64,000 nt of DNA from Schizochytrium sp. TIO01 (Eukaryota > Protista > Bigyra: Labyrinthulomycetes): positions 744,001-808,000 of the forward strand of contig SMSO01000004.1 of NCBI GenBank assembly GCA_004764695.1. Direction: 5' to 3'. A program made the translations under genes and the position numbers. This document shows positions 23,352 through 37,535 of the stretch, one piece after another. The notes below the pieces were generated by a model. That model was not told where the DNA came from. It was given only the letters and a program-made list of their open reading frames with translations, and ran no database searches. How positions within the stretch are numbered: position 1 is the first letter of the stretch; each line of letters opens with the position of its first letter.

Positions 23352-26300
23352 CGCGCTTCAAGAGCTCTTTTGCACCCTTGAGGGGCTCAAACGCAATAGT
23401 TATATAGAAACCTGGTGAAGATGGTGATGAACTTGAAGCTCTTGGCGTTACTCTAGGCTGCTTTCGTCGCAAGAGGGCACTCTAAAGGGAGTGAGCTAGG
23501 GCGCGACCTAGTCCTAAGAAAACCCTTTCAATTTGACCCCAGATTGAAACTCGAATCGGGGATTTGAAGTAGAATTGAGTTCTGCCATCCAATTTGTCTC
23601 CATTCCATTACTTACTTGCTGTTGATTAACTCATACAAATTTTATATGAATTTATACTCGAGGATGTGGAACCTTGAAATTCGAGATCTTTGTAAAGTCG
23701 TATCTATACCTTGCAGTATTTGTGGTTGTGATAACAGTTTAGCTTGCTACGAGATAAAACTGTAGTTGTGTCATGCGAGCTAAAGTGATGCAATGTACAG
23801 AGAAACCCCTTTCGATATATGTCGAGAGAGTAGATAATTGGATTGAGTAGGTCAGATGTAGATGTTCTGTCCTGTTTGCTATCGGAAATTTGAACCTTGG
23901 GGCCATTTCTCTTGCCTGTATTGAGAGGGTATTGAGAAAGCTGCTCCAATTACTTGGTTTCCTGAAATAAATTTTCGTTTGGAAAGTAACTAAGTCTTAA
24001 TGGCAAGAAAAATGATGGCTAAGTTGTTTGCAACAAACGCGAACTTGGGCTGGGGTGGCCTTTACTCTTTTTTATTTTTGAAGGTACCAAACCATATGAT
24101 ATTGATACATACCTAGTGAGTTTTGGGGGAATACATTATGCCCATTACTATGCCTTAAAACTACTCGGTGCCACTAATAAAAGCTGATCTGGCAAAAGTA
24201 TACCGTTTTTGTTGTTGGAAAACTCTTGACAGCTCGGCATGATGAGAGGGTGATGCAATTCTTTTGCACAGTTCTTTGGATGTTATTCGTGTACAATCAT
24301 GCTTCGGGCATTCTTTCCATAGCTTAAAAGCTAATTTGGCAAATCGATGTGTATGTGCATACTCGTCATTCAAATACTACTTAGCGAACAAATATATTGT
24401 TATGGATAAAATACCACGATCTAGGGAGCATAAACGTTAGATTCTAGGAACCAAATGAAGCTGCATTTGGCAATGTACTAATTCTTATTCCTACCAAATT
24501 AAAAATGCACAATTATAAGCATCACGGTAACTCTCAAAAGATGCTGATTAAACCTTTTACATGGGTCAAGATACAACTAACTGCATGCCACTACCATGTA
24601 CAAGAACATTTTATTGTATATGACACACTCCATATTTTGATGGACTACCTCAGAAACAATTCTAAGAATTAACTTTAAGGATTTTAAATTATAGGGAACA
24701 TCATGGTGTGGCTTCAACGAAGATTTTGGTGTAGTATAAAAATGTACAGTACTTCTTTGCTGATACAACACACTGTTCAGGTTTGTAGCTCGTAATATGA
24801 ATACGGGCGCGAGCGGGTATCGATAAGTAATGATGTTGCTAGTCTACTTCTCTCAGGAGGAAGGGTTCTTGAGTTGTTTGGAATACAATAAATGACACCC
24901 ACATGAACCTAAGAGAAATCAAAACAAGTATGGGCGGAATAAGCACCACCTTATAAATGTACGACACGAGTTGTTATTTGCAAAGAGATCGGGTCATATG
25001 AATAGTTTGATTAATGTTAAGCTTTTGTAGAGAATTGAGAAAGCAAGTGCAACATTCAAAAGCAAACATGCATTTTGCGTTTGAAAATAGTGCAGGAAGG
25101 CGTCATAGCATTTCTATCTGTACTGGAAGAGGTTTCCTGTTGCAGCCGTTTGAAGACTTTTGCGTAAGCGGCTTTTCAATACCAAAGCTAAGAGCTGCGC
25201 GGATTTGTACAAGATACGAATGGACAGTATGGCGTGCCTTCTTAAGTTTGACTTCTTCATATTGAAAAACAAAATAGCTGTCTTGTTGAAATTTCCACTT
25301 TCTATGTGAACATAATAGGACTTACAAGGAGGAGGGGAATTCCTAACTTCATAGCCAATTTAATAAAACCAGTTTAGTCAATGACGACAGTATGCCATTT
25401 CTTCAGCTTAACTCTAGGTTGACATTTTCTTGAATCTTCCCAATCTTCATTGGCTGTATCCAGCAGGTAGCTTTGCAGTGGCGAGTGCTCACACAGGAAC
25501 CCTTCTAATAATTTAGATCTTCAATAATTCTCTCTTATTGAAAATATACCTGTTCCGACTCTTCGTCGCTATCTACATAGAATCCATTCATTCTTGAATT
25601 CGTTCATTCATAATCCCACGTGCTTAAACTTTCTTAAATTATGTGCATGTGGCTTATATCAAAGAAATTCGATTGCCGGAAAGTCCCAAATGCCCATCTC
25701 AGGATGCCCAGAGTACCTATTTGTAAAATAAATCCTTTTACTTTCTTACCTATCTACTACTAATTCTGTTGGCAGTAGGAAAAGATAGCTCTTTTACGTC
25801 GAGCTGGACCTGATCCCTCTCACGTCGGCGGCGCCATTTTTTGAGTGCTCTGTCGTATACTTTTTCGCTGTCTTCTTCCAAAGAAGAACCTGAAATCGAG
25901 CCACGGAGCTGATTTTGTCTGCATATCAAATCTACCTAATACGTGGTCCAAGTCCGTCATTTGATCGACTTCTACGTGTATATAATTAATGGCAAGCTGT
26001 TATAAATAAAATGAAAACAGCAACAAGAAGAGGAAAAGGAAGACGCTTTGGAAAAGAAAGCTTTTTTTTTTTTTTTTTTTTTTCTATTTTTTTTAATTAT
26101 TTTTTTTAAATATAAAGTAGAGCAAATTGTTTTTAAATTAAACATTCAAATTAAGACTAGCAAACTAAAATCTTTTCATAAAAAAATTATTACATATGAA
26201 AACAAAAAAGTAAAAAAGTAATTTTAAAAGGTCTCTCTCCTCTACTACTTCGCAGGCTCATCTGTTTTCGCTTCGTTTCATATCATTTTGCTTTTAAAAC

Positions 26301-27698
26301 ATCAGCGGCTCGGCACGGGATCCTTCTTCCCCGTGTTTCATTAATTCAAATAGGCTTGGCATCGACCTCACGAACATCTCCGTGCCATAATTATATGCTT
26401 TGCGAGCGCGTTGTCAAAAGCGTTGGTGCCAATTAATCACCAAACCAAATTAATTCTCCTATTAAAAAAAATAGTTAAATAAAAACACAAATCACTAAAC
26501 ATTTAAAAAATGTTGGGTTTAAAATTAAAAACCTAACGAACAAAAAACCAAAAACCAAAAAGCGCTTCTTTGAAAACGTTTTAAACCTTTTAAAAGAAAG
26601 AAATAAAAGAATAAGAGCAATAACGAGAGAATAGCAAATTTTATCGTTTTCGTGTATTATTGCGATGAATATGTTTCCCGAATGCTAACATGATGAAGAA
26701 TTAACGCCACCTTCACTCGGGCCGTATTCTTTCTCTACCTACGCACGCTCCGCCCGCTACGCATGGGAATGCGCAACCACCGCATGAAACGACAATGAGG
26801 TGAGCGATTGAGTGGAACAATGCGTTGTGTTGCGTTGTACCACAACTTCGGAAATAGCTTCGCCATTGCCGTGGTCCACCTTCCTCGGGTTCTCCGGAGA
26901 AACTCTCTAAGCTCTCTAAAACCCCAGTGTGCCTCCTCTGCACAGGCTACCTTTCATCCAAATGACGCTGATTCACATAAAGACTCTTTCCTATCACTTA
27001 CCAATAAACTCCCCAGTGGCTGAGACGCGCAATATTAAAACCAGATTCCGTCGCCCACTCGGGTAAATACAGTGAGGGGGTGGATATTCGGGACAGAATG
27101 GAACTGACTCTGAGAGAAAGAAGGAAAGAGTTGAGAAACAAACATACGCACGCAATCTCTTCGTCTTAGGCTGAGTGGCGCTTGCTTTTCAGAGTGAATC
27201 AACTGGCGATGGTTTACACATTACAAAAGCTCGCGTGGGCCATTGCCTCCTTCGGCACGGCAGTATTTATCTCCGGATACGGGTCAGCTTGGGGTCTGCG
27301 TTTTTTTTTTTATTGCTCTGGAGACACCCAATCGAAAAGGATCTTAGAATCGTATATTTTATAAAGCAATATGTTCTGCCAATGTGCTCCTAGTAGGCAG
27401 GTAGGTACCGGTAGACCAAAAAGATCTTCGTAAATCTTTCGATTTTTTATTTTGTTTAAATTGAATAGAAAGGAAAAGACGAAAAGCCTAAGGAACTGGT
27501 AAAAGAAGTAAACGTAAATGTTAATGTGCGTCTAGGGGACCTTAGGAAAGCGGGTAGAGTGCGTGTATAAAACTGAGTCTGGCTGGTTTAAGAGAGAGAG
27601 AGAAGTACAGGATGGAGCAAATCGCAATCCAGCAGATCCCAAACGAGCAGAAGACCAGAAACTTCGAGTCACTCAGACCAAACACCACCTCCGCCAAG

Positions 27699-28298
27699 AT
27701 GCCCTCCGTTGTCATTGTGTACTACTCCATGTACGGCCACATCCGTACCATGGCTGAGTCTATGAAGGCTGCCCTCGAGGAGAACGGCTGCGAGGCCAAG
27801 CTCCTTCAGGTGCCCGAGACCCTCCCCGAGGAGGTGCTCGGCAAGATGGGCGCCCCGCCCAAGTCTGACGACGAGATCGCCACCCCCGAGGCTCTTGCCG
27901 AGGCCGATGGTATCCTCTTCGGTATCCCGACCCGCTTCGGTATGGCCTGTGCCCAGATGAAGTCCTTCTTCGACTCCCTCGGTGGTCTTTGGCAGAAGCA
28001 GGCTCTCGCCAACAAGCCCGCTGGTGTCTTCTTCTCCACTGCCACTCAGGGTGGTGGCCAGGAGACCACTGCTCTCACCTTTGTGACCCAGCTTACTCAC
28101 CAGGGCATGATCTTCGTGCCTCTCGGCTACCCTAACCCGGTCATGTTCGACATGAACGAGATCCACGGTGGCTCTCCCTACGGAGCCGGTACCTTCGCTG
28201 GTGCCGATGGCTCCCGCATGCCCAGCGACAGCGAGAAGAGCTTGGTTACCTCCCAGGCTGAGAAGTTCGCTGCCGTTGTCAAGAAGATGTCCGCCTAA
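27699..28298 (+). CDS. WrbA-type flavodoxin-like NAD(P)H:quinone oxidoreductase, copy 1 (199 aa)
   Basis: YYSMYGH, GIPTRFG, STATQGGGQETT and HGGSPYGAGT motifs; strong C-ending codon bias; start AAG-ATG at 27699. Confidence 0.95.
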   Translation: MPSVVIVYYSMYGHIRTMAESMKAALEENGCEAKLLQVPETLPEEVLGKMGAPPKSDDEIATPEALAEADGILFGIPTRFGMACAQMKSFFDSLGGLWQKQALANKPAGVFFSTATQGGGQETTALTFVTQLTHQGMIFVPLGYPNPVMFDMNEIHGGSPYGAGTFAGADGSRMPSDSEKSLVTSQAEKFAAVVKKMSA

Positions 28299-31200
28299 AC
28301 TATGACGCTCCCTATCCTTTTCACAAACGTAAAGTACTCTACCTGATGGTATCATAACATATAACTATGAAATCAATCAATGAATCAACTTCTTCTTTTA
28401 CCACTAGTCACTCTGAATATATATAAATTCCTTTGTATATCCTATGTGCTTTCCTTTACAAGGGAGTTCGTGCGAATCAGTCCACTTCAAATACTCCGTT
28501 TCTACAGAATTGTAATTCCTTGCTCCTTACGAAGAGGCTAAAATAGAGACTAGCCCCCGCATATCATCCCTAAGCTCCAAATGGGTTGTATCTCATCAGA
28601 CTTTATCATATAGCTCTCCGTTTCCTTTCCAAGTCCCAAGCTATGAGATCACATGCGCGTATTTTACCTGTAAGGTTAAATCGAGTGGAGACATTGCAAC
28701 GACCAAGAAGAGGCGAAACGCGGTAGCTTGGAGGCATCTTCTTTATCCAACCAATGTCCACCGGCTGGCTAGTGTCTCTGCGCAAACTACCTGGCACGAT
28801 CGGAGTACACTCACAACGCCTGGTAAACACAAGCATCGCTGTAATACCTGTCCTCTCGGAGATTCAAGTTGGCCCTACTTGTAGTTCCATCCCCAGCTAC
28901 TACGATTCGTACGACCCACTGACTAGCCCCTTTATTTTCTTCCTTTCCATCCCAGACCAGCTAGGGACCTCTGGTATGAAACCGTGTGTAGATCTGTGAA
29001 TCGACCTAGTTCTCTCCAAAGGTCTTACAAGCAAGCTGCTGGCCTTCCACTCAGCGTTGCGCTCTTCTGCCCATAAATATAAAAATATATAACGGCTAGG
29101 CGATCTGGGGCACCGATTCTCCTGCAAAGAGGCTAAAGGCAGACGACCAGGATCCGTTTAGCTCATAGGAAGATATCCCATCAAATGCCAAACTCGATAT
29201 ATGGCAGTGCTGCCTTGTCGTGACCCTGAAACGCTCAAAATTCCAACGTCGTTCAACTTCTTTGCGCCCATTGCTGAATGCCTGCATTCGTTCAAAGATG
29301 TCCTTCTGCGGCGCAATCGAGGTGGCTCGAAAGTTTCGACCCTGGCCTTGTGTGTGTCCTCTCTCCGACAGCCTCATTCCTGAAAAACCTGCACTTAAAG
29401 AATGCCAAAGCAATTGAAGTGGTTGCAGTGAATGCATACAGTACATCGCGTGCATGTGTGCGCACGCACGTGCATGTGTGCGCAGGTACCGATTGCGTGT
29501 GTGTGCGTGTGTGAAGAGAAGGCAATTCACAATTCACGCAAGTTCAACTACGTTTATCTTCCTGACCCCGGTCTCCGCCACGCCCGGCCCTCGCGGCAGA
29601 CCTCTTCCAAAGTAGGGTGTGGTGATCTCCCTGTCCTTGAGGAGGCCAGCTGGTCTCGAGCTCAGCGCGAAGTTCCTCTTCAAAGCCAAGCCACGCAGCG
29701 ACGGCAAGTTGAATTGCAATCTTCCACCCCTCAACGGGGGTTGCGCAAATGTCCCCGAACGGCCGAAGGCTTTTTTATTCATTTATTTATTTCTCTATTT
29801 CTCTATTTCTTTACTTGATTATTTGTCTATTGGTTATTTGTTTATCTATTGAAGTATTTATTCATTGATTGATGCTACTACGGCAGCTCGTTCAATCGCC
29901 GCTCCTTCTCGGCTCGAAGAAGGGCCGCGCAGCCTCCGTGTGTGTGGGAGAGGGAGCTTAAGGGAAAGGCTTCGAGCTCGAGTTGGTTTTTGGAGGCGAA
30001 GAGGAAGACGACTTCAAGCAAGGCTTGGATCCACCTGCATGGGCACATCATAAAACGAAAGTGCATCAACAATTAAAAAAAAAGGTACATGAATAATAAA
30101 AATTGAAATTAAAGAAAGTTCATTGAGGCCCTCAAAAGAGGTAAATGGGATGTGGAAAAGCAGACAAGATAGCCAACTTAAAGAAAGCGGGGAATAGAAG
30201 AGAGCCACATAAAACTTTGGTCCATCGCTTTTACTTTAAAAATCGAAAATTAAAAAGGTGGAGGGTAAAAGAAGAAAAGGAAGAAGAAGTAAAAGTTAAT
30301 TTTCATCAGTAAGTTTTTTTAAAGATATATATATTTAAAATTAAATTAAGTTAGAGCTCGGACATAAATGGTTTCAATTTTGGGAAAGTAAAGCATTTAG
30401 CAAAAGAATATTATTTTAGTGTAAAGGATGAGGTCATACTGCAGCGGCATAGATGGGGTTGAAGTAATAGTATCCAGTAAAGTGCAAATCATCTTGGAGC
30501 CCCCCTCGAAGATTGCTACCGATCAAGAGTTTTGTATCTCTGGAGCGGCTGCAAACAGATTGCAGCGCAAACATCTTTCTTGTACTGAAGCGGCGTCTGC
30601 CGGTATTTAAAGCTGAAGAAATCTGACTTTCACTCCCTCGAAAGGTCTATCCAGAATCCCTCGTCGTCCATCGGTGAGCATCACAAGCTTCTCGAAATGA
30701 AAAACTAAGTTGCGTATTTGTGTTGGAGTCAATCTAATTACTCAAGCTTGATAAAAGGTGTCAGCTTTTTGATAAGACGTCTATCAGATCTACATAGATT
30801 CAGGAACCTTCAGTTGGGCCTAACAAATATTCTTGCTGACGGTAAACTTCGTCTGTAAAGTGAAAAATGAAGTTCCGAGTTTGTTTCACCAATTCATTGA
30901 AACTAAAACCCTGCGACACAATATTAGTTGCCTGGATCACAAAGAAAATAAACGTTTGTGTCAGACCCATACCTATACGGAGATCTCTTTTCAGATCTTT
31001 TTTTAGCTCCAATTGTCAACCTTTTAATGTATCTGAAGCAAGGCATATCGCCATCTCTCCAGCTCGTGGGCGCACATTTCTTTCTGCATCTGACATATCT
31101 TTATGCTTGGGAGACACAAAGATTATAAAGGAAATATAGACGAGTAAAATTACGTGTTATATCCTCATTCAAGTTTATTAGTTTTCATTCAAAAATGTAC

Positions 31201-34200
31201 ACGCAGCACGTGAATGATTAAGTCTTCTTTAATCTATACGTAGACCACAATAGTCCTACGAACTAAGAGAGGCATGTGGTATGATTAATTTTTGTTTTCC
31301 ATTGAGAGCGCAATGATGAATACAATATCCTCTTCAATTCAGGTCTCAGTTCCAAGGAAATTATGAAGGAAGAAGAAATATCTGACAAGTCAAAGATTCG
31401 CAAGCTCAGTTTACACAAGAAGGGAGCTGCGAGGTGTTGGAGCACTCGTATCTTGGAATTACAGTGGACAACATCACCATTCCCAGAATTGCTGTCATTT
31501 ATTTACAACATATAAACTAGAACTAAAATAAATATCTCAGAATTATTTGAATTTGAAAATAAAAAGATATAATTAAAAAGTGACTTTGTTTATAATTGAT
31601 TTAAAAGAAGAAAAAAAAGACTAAAACTAAAATATGATCTTTAACACGAAGATCCCGCATTTTAAAGCCTTTTTTATATCGAGCATCAATTTTGTTTTAG
31701 TTTCCTAATAAACTCCCTTAATCTTAAAAAAATGAAAATTAAAGAAAAAAGATACAGCGGAGATCTTCAGCACTTCAGTGCTAGTACCCACTAGGCACCT
31801 AGCTAGCCAGCATACGTGTGATAGAAGATAGATAGACTGATATTTTCGGGAGTTGCGCACCAAGATCCGGCACCTCACACGTTAAGTAGTACCCGGTGTG
31901 ATTCATGAAGCGGCACGCGACTTTCCGGATGCACGGCAGAACGCGAAATTTAAAGCTTTGGAATGAGTGGACCATGGATCACGATGCATTGCAGGTTTTT
32001 TACGTTGCGCTTGATGAGCAAGTTCATACATCAAAATAAAGCTAACTGCTATTATTGCTATCACCTCATTCTCATTTTCATTTTCATTTTTTACGTCAAT
32101 AAATTAATATAAATTAAATTAAATTTTGGGTATGGTATTCGATTTTCTTACTTTTAATCATGGATATCAAGCATAAAGGCTCAGAAGCGTGGGAGCAAAA
32201 TCACGACAGTAATTGGTGGCTGTTGATCAGCTTTAGTTAGAACAAGAGGCACGCCGCCAGTTTCACAAAGACCTTGAAAAGTTGGACTTGTCAAAAGGCG
32301 CGGATCCTACGACCCATGCATGTAAAAATATAAAAATATATTAAAAAATTGGGCAGAAAACTAAGAAGAAAAAAGATCGAGTTTATTTCGGGAAAATCTG
32401 CGCTTGAAATAAAAGAAAAAAGTTCTGTTCATGGAAAATTCAGGAATGTTATATTTTTAAAAGAGGAAGTAAGGAAACAGAAAGTAGAGAAGAAGAGAAA
32501 AGTTCAGGCTTGCGGTGACTTCCTGAGGGTTCTTTGATCAAGCCGACTTGGGATGCGTCCTTTTCTGACTCTGGGCCCGTTTTCCATTGTTGTTAGTGTC
32601 GTTGTCTTGCCATATTCATCACAGGTTCTCTTCACCTTACTCTTTCCGTCCGTCCGCTCGATTGATGGATGTATCTCGTCTGATGGCTTCTTCTTCGCCA
32701 TTCTATTCTTCGCCATTCTTCTGCTACACCAAGTTGTCATAAGCCCATATAACGATACTCTATGTATACACTCTTCCTGGGGACTCAGGGCTGCTTGAGT
32801 CATGTGTTGCGTGACTTTTCCTGCAATGTTTGGGGCTGCGAAGGCAGACGCTGCTACTTTTGCTTATCTGGCTCGGACGCTTGCTGACCTCGGCTTCTAC
32901 GTGGCTCAAAGATCGAAGATGTCGAAGTTATTTAACACAGAAAGTTAGCGGGAAGATGCGGGGTATCGTAGAGATTGCTCAAGATAAACTTTGATAGTGC
33001 ATGTAATGGTTTGCAGCGTTTGAGTTTTATCAGGGTGATCTCTACTGGTCAGAGAAAATGGAATTGCAATTTGGATGCCTCCTTCAAGTTCTTACCTGAT
33101 TATAGCTATGATAAGGCTACTCTTCGTTACCTCTGCAGATTTAGATGAGGTATCGAAGCCATGTAACAACAAATCCAGATATCTTCTCCATTCCATATGC
33201 GAACTTAGGGTTAACCTGTGGGTATGATAAGAGAAAGAACTCTTTACACTAATTGCAAGAATTCGTTACTATAATTAAATTGTGGCTTATCACTCGTCGA
33301 ATCTGCAACTTCTGCAGCTATTGGTATGCTTACATTGATGGAGATCTGATGCGACCCGCATTTTCCATCAATAAGCTATATATAAAAGATGCGGATGACT
33401 TTGACACGCTAGAAAAAAATGGCGCCCAATTTAGTACCAATTACAATGTGAACATTGTGGTACTGGTTCAAGCCCCAAGTTACATTTGAACGAGCTATTT
33501 CGCTTTATGAATATTCTGTAGGCTTCTGCGGATATTGCCTTAATGTGCAACGATGCGATGATGCTGTACTCTGTCATTTCTTTTCTTCACCACCTTTTCG
33601 GAAACTTTAAAATGAATATTATTGCTAATGATACCATTCGCAGCACGTAATGGCCACTCAGTTCTCGTTTCGATTTGATATGTTTCCTAGATTTGCTCTG
33701 TATAGATTAAGAAGAAAATGAATTTGTGCAATGTACTGTACATTTTTATTTTTATATTAATCAAATGCATTTAACAATTATAGCGTGTGCAAACGAGTCT
33801 GACTCATGACCAGCCTTTGAAGTTATAAATCTATTAATGCCAAGGTACCGAGTTAGTCATCTGATAAAGCAAACATATCACCAGCTCAGTAAAATCCTCA
33901 TCATTTTGTTTTGCAACGCGATAATAGTCCCCTGAGCCCAGATACGTACATGTGATAAAACTAGGATCTAGCAGCATGCTTTGACTTGAACATATACTAC
34001 GGAGTTGCACAAGATGCCCTTTTAGCAAGATTTCCAATCAATATTCCAAGTCAGGTCGACATCCACAACAGTTGAAACGTTCCAGAAGCACCAAAAGATG
34101 CATGCACAAAAAGCATATACCTAGCTAAGCTCGATTATATGTATATAATAATCGTCCTTTGGCCAGGACATGCGCATTTGCTTTGTAGCTCTAGAGGACA

Positions 34201-35643
34201 GCTATATTTCCAGATGCTATTTTCTATTCACGGCTCTGATTTATCCTTCTTCATGTTTCTACCAGCCTGCTTTATCTTCCTCTTCATTCACATAGGTCGG
34301 TAAAAAAACCTACATTAAAAACATTTTCTTATTTATCATTGTTTAATTTTAAAATGTAATAAAAGAAATAAAAAGCTTCCTCCACTTTTCTTCGTAATGA
34401 TGGAGCTTCACAGTTCATCCGTGTGAAGACAAAGCACCTCCGTCCCCTTCCAGGATACAGCTATTCGATCTTTTCAGCCCCTCACGAAGCCTTCCTTTTT
34501 AACAGACAAGGAATGCCTCTTTGTGAGTTGTGAGGGGGTCAGTCAGTAAGTCAGTCAATGAGCGGGTGAATGAATGAATGAGTGGGTGAGTGAATGAGGC
34601 GTGAATAAGGGAGGGAGGAAGTCAGTCGGCCATAAAGGCAGTGAGCAGGCGCAGCAATGCCGTTTCTCAGCGGAATGAAGGTTTTTCCAGTTGGTTTTTT
34701 GCTTTTTGTCTTTGATGGTTATTTTTTTACAAAGAAGAACAACTATATGCCGCACGGTGTAGTATGACTGTTTGTTTCTTCTTCTTCACGGTATCGTATT
34801 TGTAGGTAGGTGTACCTACTGTTATGAATCTCTCCTCATCCATTCTTTTTATATCTTATTCGATTTGTAGCTGGCAGAGATTATGGAAAAGGATCGCAAA
34901 ATAAGTTTGAGCTGACTGACTATACAGAGAAAGTAAATCAACTTTCAGAACAGCAGGTAGTAGAAAGTGTCTTTGCTATTTCACTATTGATCTTCAATCA
35001 CAAACTTGAACTATAAATAAGCAAAACAAAAGTAAAGGCCTCCAAAAGAGATGTGAAGAAGGTACCACCTACCTGTTTATTTGCTGCATCATCAGATTCC
35101 TCGCAGTCGCTGGCACCTCCATTCACAGCCGTTCGCGTGCTTGCTTGCCTGCCTGCCTGCTCTCCATAATAAAAATCGGAAGCCAGCTACCCCATCGCCG
35201 AGGCTGTCTACACCTGTCTTCGTGAGGCCATGAACGCAGAGCTTAGACTTTTAGATTCTGCATTACATTCGTCATCGATGGCACATACATACACACTCTC
35301 ACGCTCACACTATTCGCACACCTTCTGCCGCTAGCGCCAGGATAAGACCCGCTAGGCGATGCCTAGACAGGCAGCGGCTTCGGAAAACCGAGCTCGCAAC
35401 TCCGAAATGGGAAGGTCGCGCCAGGCTTCAATTTCAATTTCAATTGAACTCGACGGAGAAGAAGACGAAGAAGACGAAGAAGACGAAGAAGGTGCTCTCA
35501 GTCTCGGCTCCTCTTCGCCTGGCTGCAGGGTCTGGCTTGTGTGGAGGGGCTCAAGGCTGACTTCGTTTTCACAAAGCTGGAGGCCAACAAAGGCTCTCGT
35601 TACGAACTAAGTACTTTTGTAATGGTGCGCCCTCCTATGGGAA

Positions 35644-35644
35644 A

Positions 35645-35719
<75 letters not shown>
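35644..35719. repeat. (AAAG)n microsatellite
   Basis: Seen directly. Confidence 0.95.
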
Positions 35720-36875
35720 TCTCATCATCATGTTCAATCTCAGCAGTCCATCGATCAACCAACCTCAGTGCTCTTCTGTAATAAATAAACTCTGCGATGA
35801 AAAGCAGCGTCGCAAGCTCGGGACCTCGCGCCGAGGCCTCGAAACCCCGACAGCGGCAGCCGAGGGAGGCGTGGCTCTTCACTTCGCCTGCGCTCCCAGC
35901 AAGTTATCTTACCCGGCGAACACAATCTCATCGCAGGAGCTTTGATCAGGCAGTATATGAATAATATGGGTGCATAGGATTGCAATCGCAACGCGTTTGT
36001 AGATATGTATGTGTGTGAATGAGTGAATGAGTGAATGAATGTATGAATGAATGAATGTTATCTATGGATTTGTGTATCTATCTATGTATGTATCTTGCAA
36101 TATATATATATATATACGTATGTATGTGTCTATGAATGTATGTATGTATCTCTTTTCACGAGTCAAATCCACGAAGGGTTTAAGAGGAAGCAACAAAGGC
36201 TCTGTCCGCTTCTGAGTCGAGGCCTGCATGAGTTTCTATTGTTTCTATTGCTTCTATTGATATTGACGAGGACGATGCGTCGCTCTGAGGGGATCGTGGG
36301 CATTCTCGCTGCGACGGGGCACAAACAACGCCCAAACGGGCCTTTAAAGATCTTCGGCGTCGCGCTTCGCATTCAAGAAGAGACATAATCGTGAGGTGAT
36401 CTGAACGAAAACATTGTTAGAGAGAAATCGTTGGATTTTATCATTTTGAATAGAATGATTGTCAGAGAATAATTTTTAAAATAATTAAATAAAATAATTT
36501 GACAAACTAAATGAATAAATGAGATTATCTTTTGGGGGAGGGATTTAATTAAACGAAGGAACGATGATAGGTTTAAAGGTAAGGGTATTCGTAAGAGCAC
36601 CAGCTTGAAAAAAACGTTTTTAGTCGTTTTAAAAGTAAAATTATTGTTTGCTTCTTTTCTTTCTTTTTTAAGCGGCTTTTGGTTTTATTTATTTATTTAT
36701 TTATTTTTAAGTTTTATTTATTTTAAGGGGGGAGTAATAAGCCGCTTGGTTCCATGGATCAGTTATGCACCAGTAAGGGTTCCCCTAGTTATACTATGAG
36801 TGAAAGGAAGAAGAGGAGGCGGAGAAGGGTGCATGGAAACAGCAAACCCGAAATCAAAGCCAAGTCAAGAGGCAC

Positions 36876-36877
<2 letters not shown>

Positions 36878-36910
<33 letters not shown>
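36878..36910 (+). repeat. (CAG)10 CAA tract just upstream of the WrbA copy 2 start (probable 5' UTR)
   Basis: Ends 25 nt before the ATG at 36936. Confidence 0.9.
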
Positions 36911-36935
36911 GACCAAGTAAATTCATCCAAGCAAG

Positions 36936-37535
36936 ATGCCCGTCGTCGGAATTGTGTACTACTCCATGTACGGCCACATCCGTACCATGGCCGAGCACAT
37001 GCGCGATGTTCTCGAGGAGAACGGCTGCGACGTCAAGCTCATGCAGGTCCCTGAGACCCTCCCCGAGGAGGTTCTCGGCAAGATGGGCGCACCGCCCAAG
37101 TCCGAGGATGAGATCGCCACCCCGGATGCCATCGCTGCCTGCGATGGTCTCCTCTTTGGTATCCCGACCCGCTTTGGTATGGCTGCTGCCCAGATGAAGG
37201 CCTTCCTCGACCAGACCGGAGGTCTCTGGCAGAAGCAGTCTCTCTCTGGCATGCCCGCCGGTATCTTCTTCTCGACTGCCACCCAGGGTGGTGGCCAGGA
37301 GACTACTGCTCTCACCTTCCTTACCCAGTTTACCCACCACGGCATCATGTACGTGCCGCTCGGCTTTGCTGACCCTAACATGTTTAGCTTCGAGGAGATT
37401 CACGGTGGATCCCCTTACGGTGCCGGCACCTTCGCTGGCCCTGATGGCTCCCGCATGCCCAGCGAGCTCGAGAAGAAGATTGCCACCACCCAGGCTGAGC
37501 GCTTCGCCGACGTTGTCAAGAAGCTCTCTAGCTAA
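36936..37535 (+). CDS. WrbA-type quinone oxidoreductase, copy 2 (199 aa)
   Basis: Same motifs as copy 1. Confidence 0.95.
   Translation: MPVVGIVYYSMYGHIRTMAEHMRDVLEENGCDVKLMQVPETLPEEVLGKMGAPPKSEDEIATPDAIAACDGLLFGIPTRFGMAAAQMKAFLDQTGGLWQKQSLSGMPAGIFFSTATQGGGQETTALTFLTQFTHHGIMYVPLGFADPNMFSFEEIHGGSPYGAGTFAGPDGSRMPSELEKKIATTQAERFADVVKKLSS

Noticed and set aside
30430-33700. Stop-riddled protein-like fragments (LVMLTDG on the - strand ~30680; hydrophobic pieces at 32550-33650)
   Set aside because: May be decayed genes, but no family is identifiable without a translated search.
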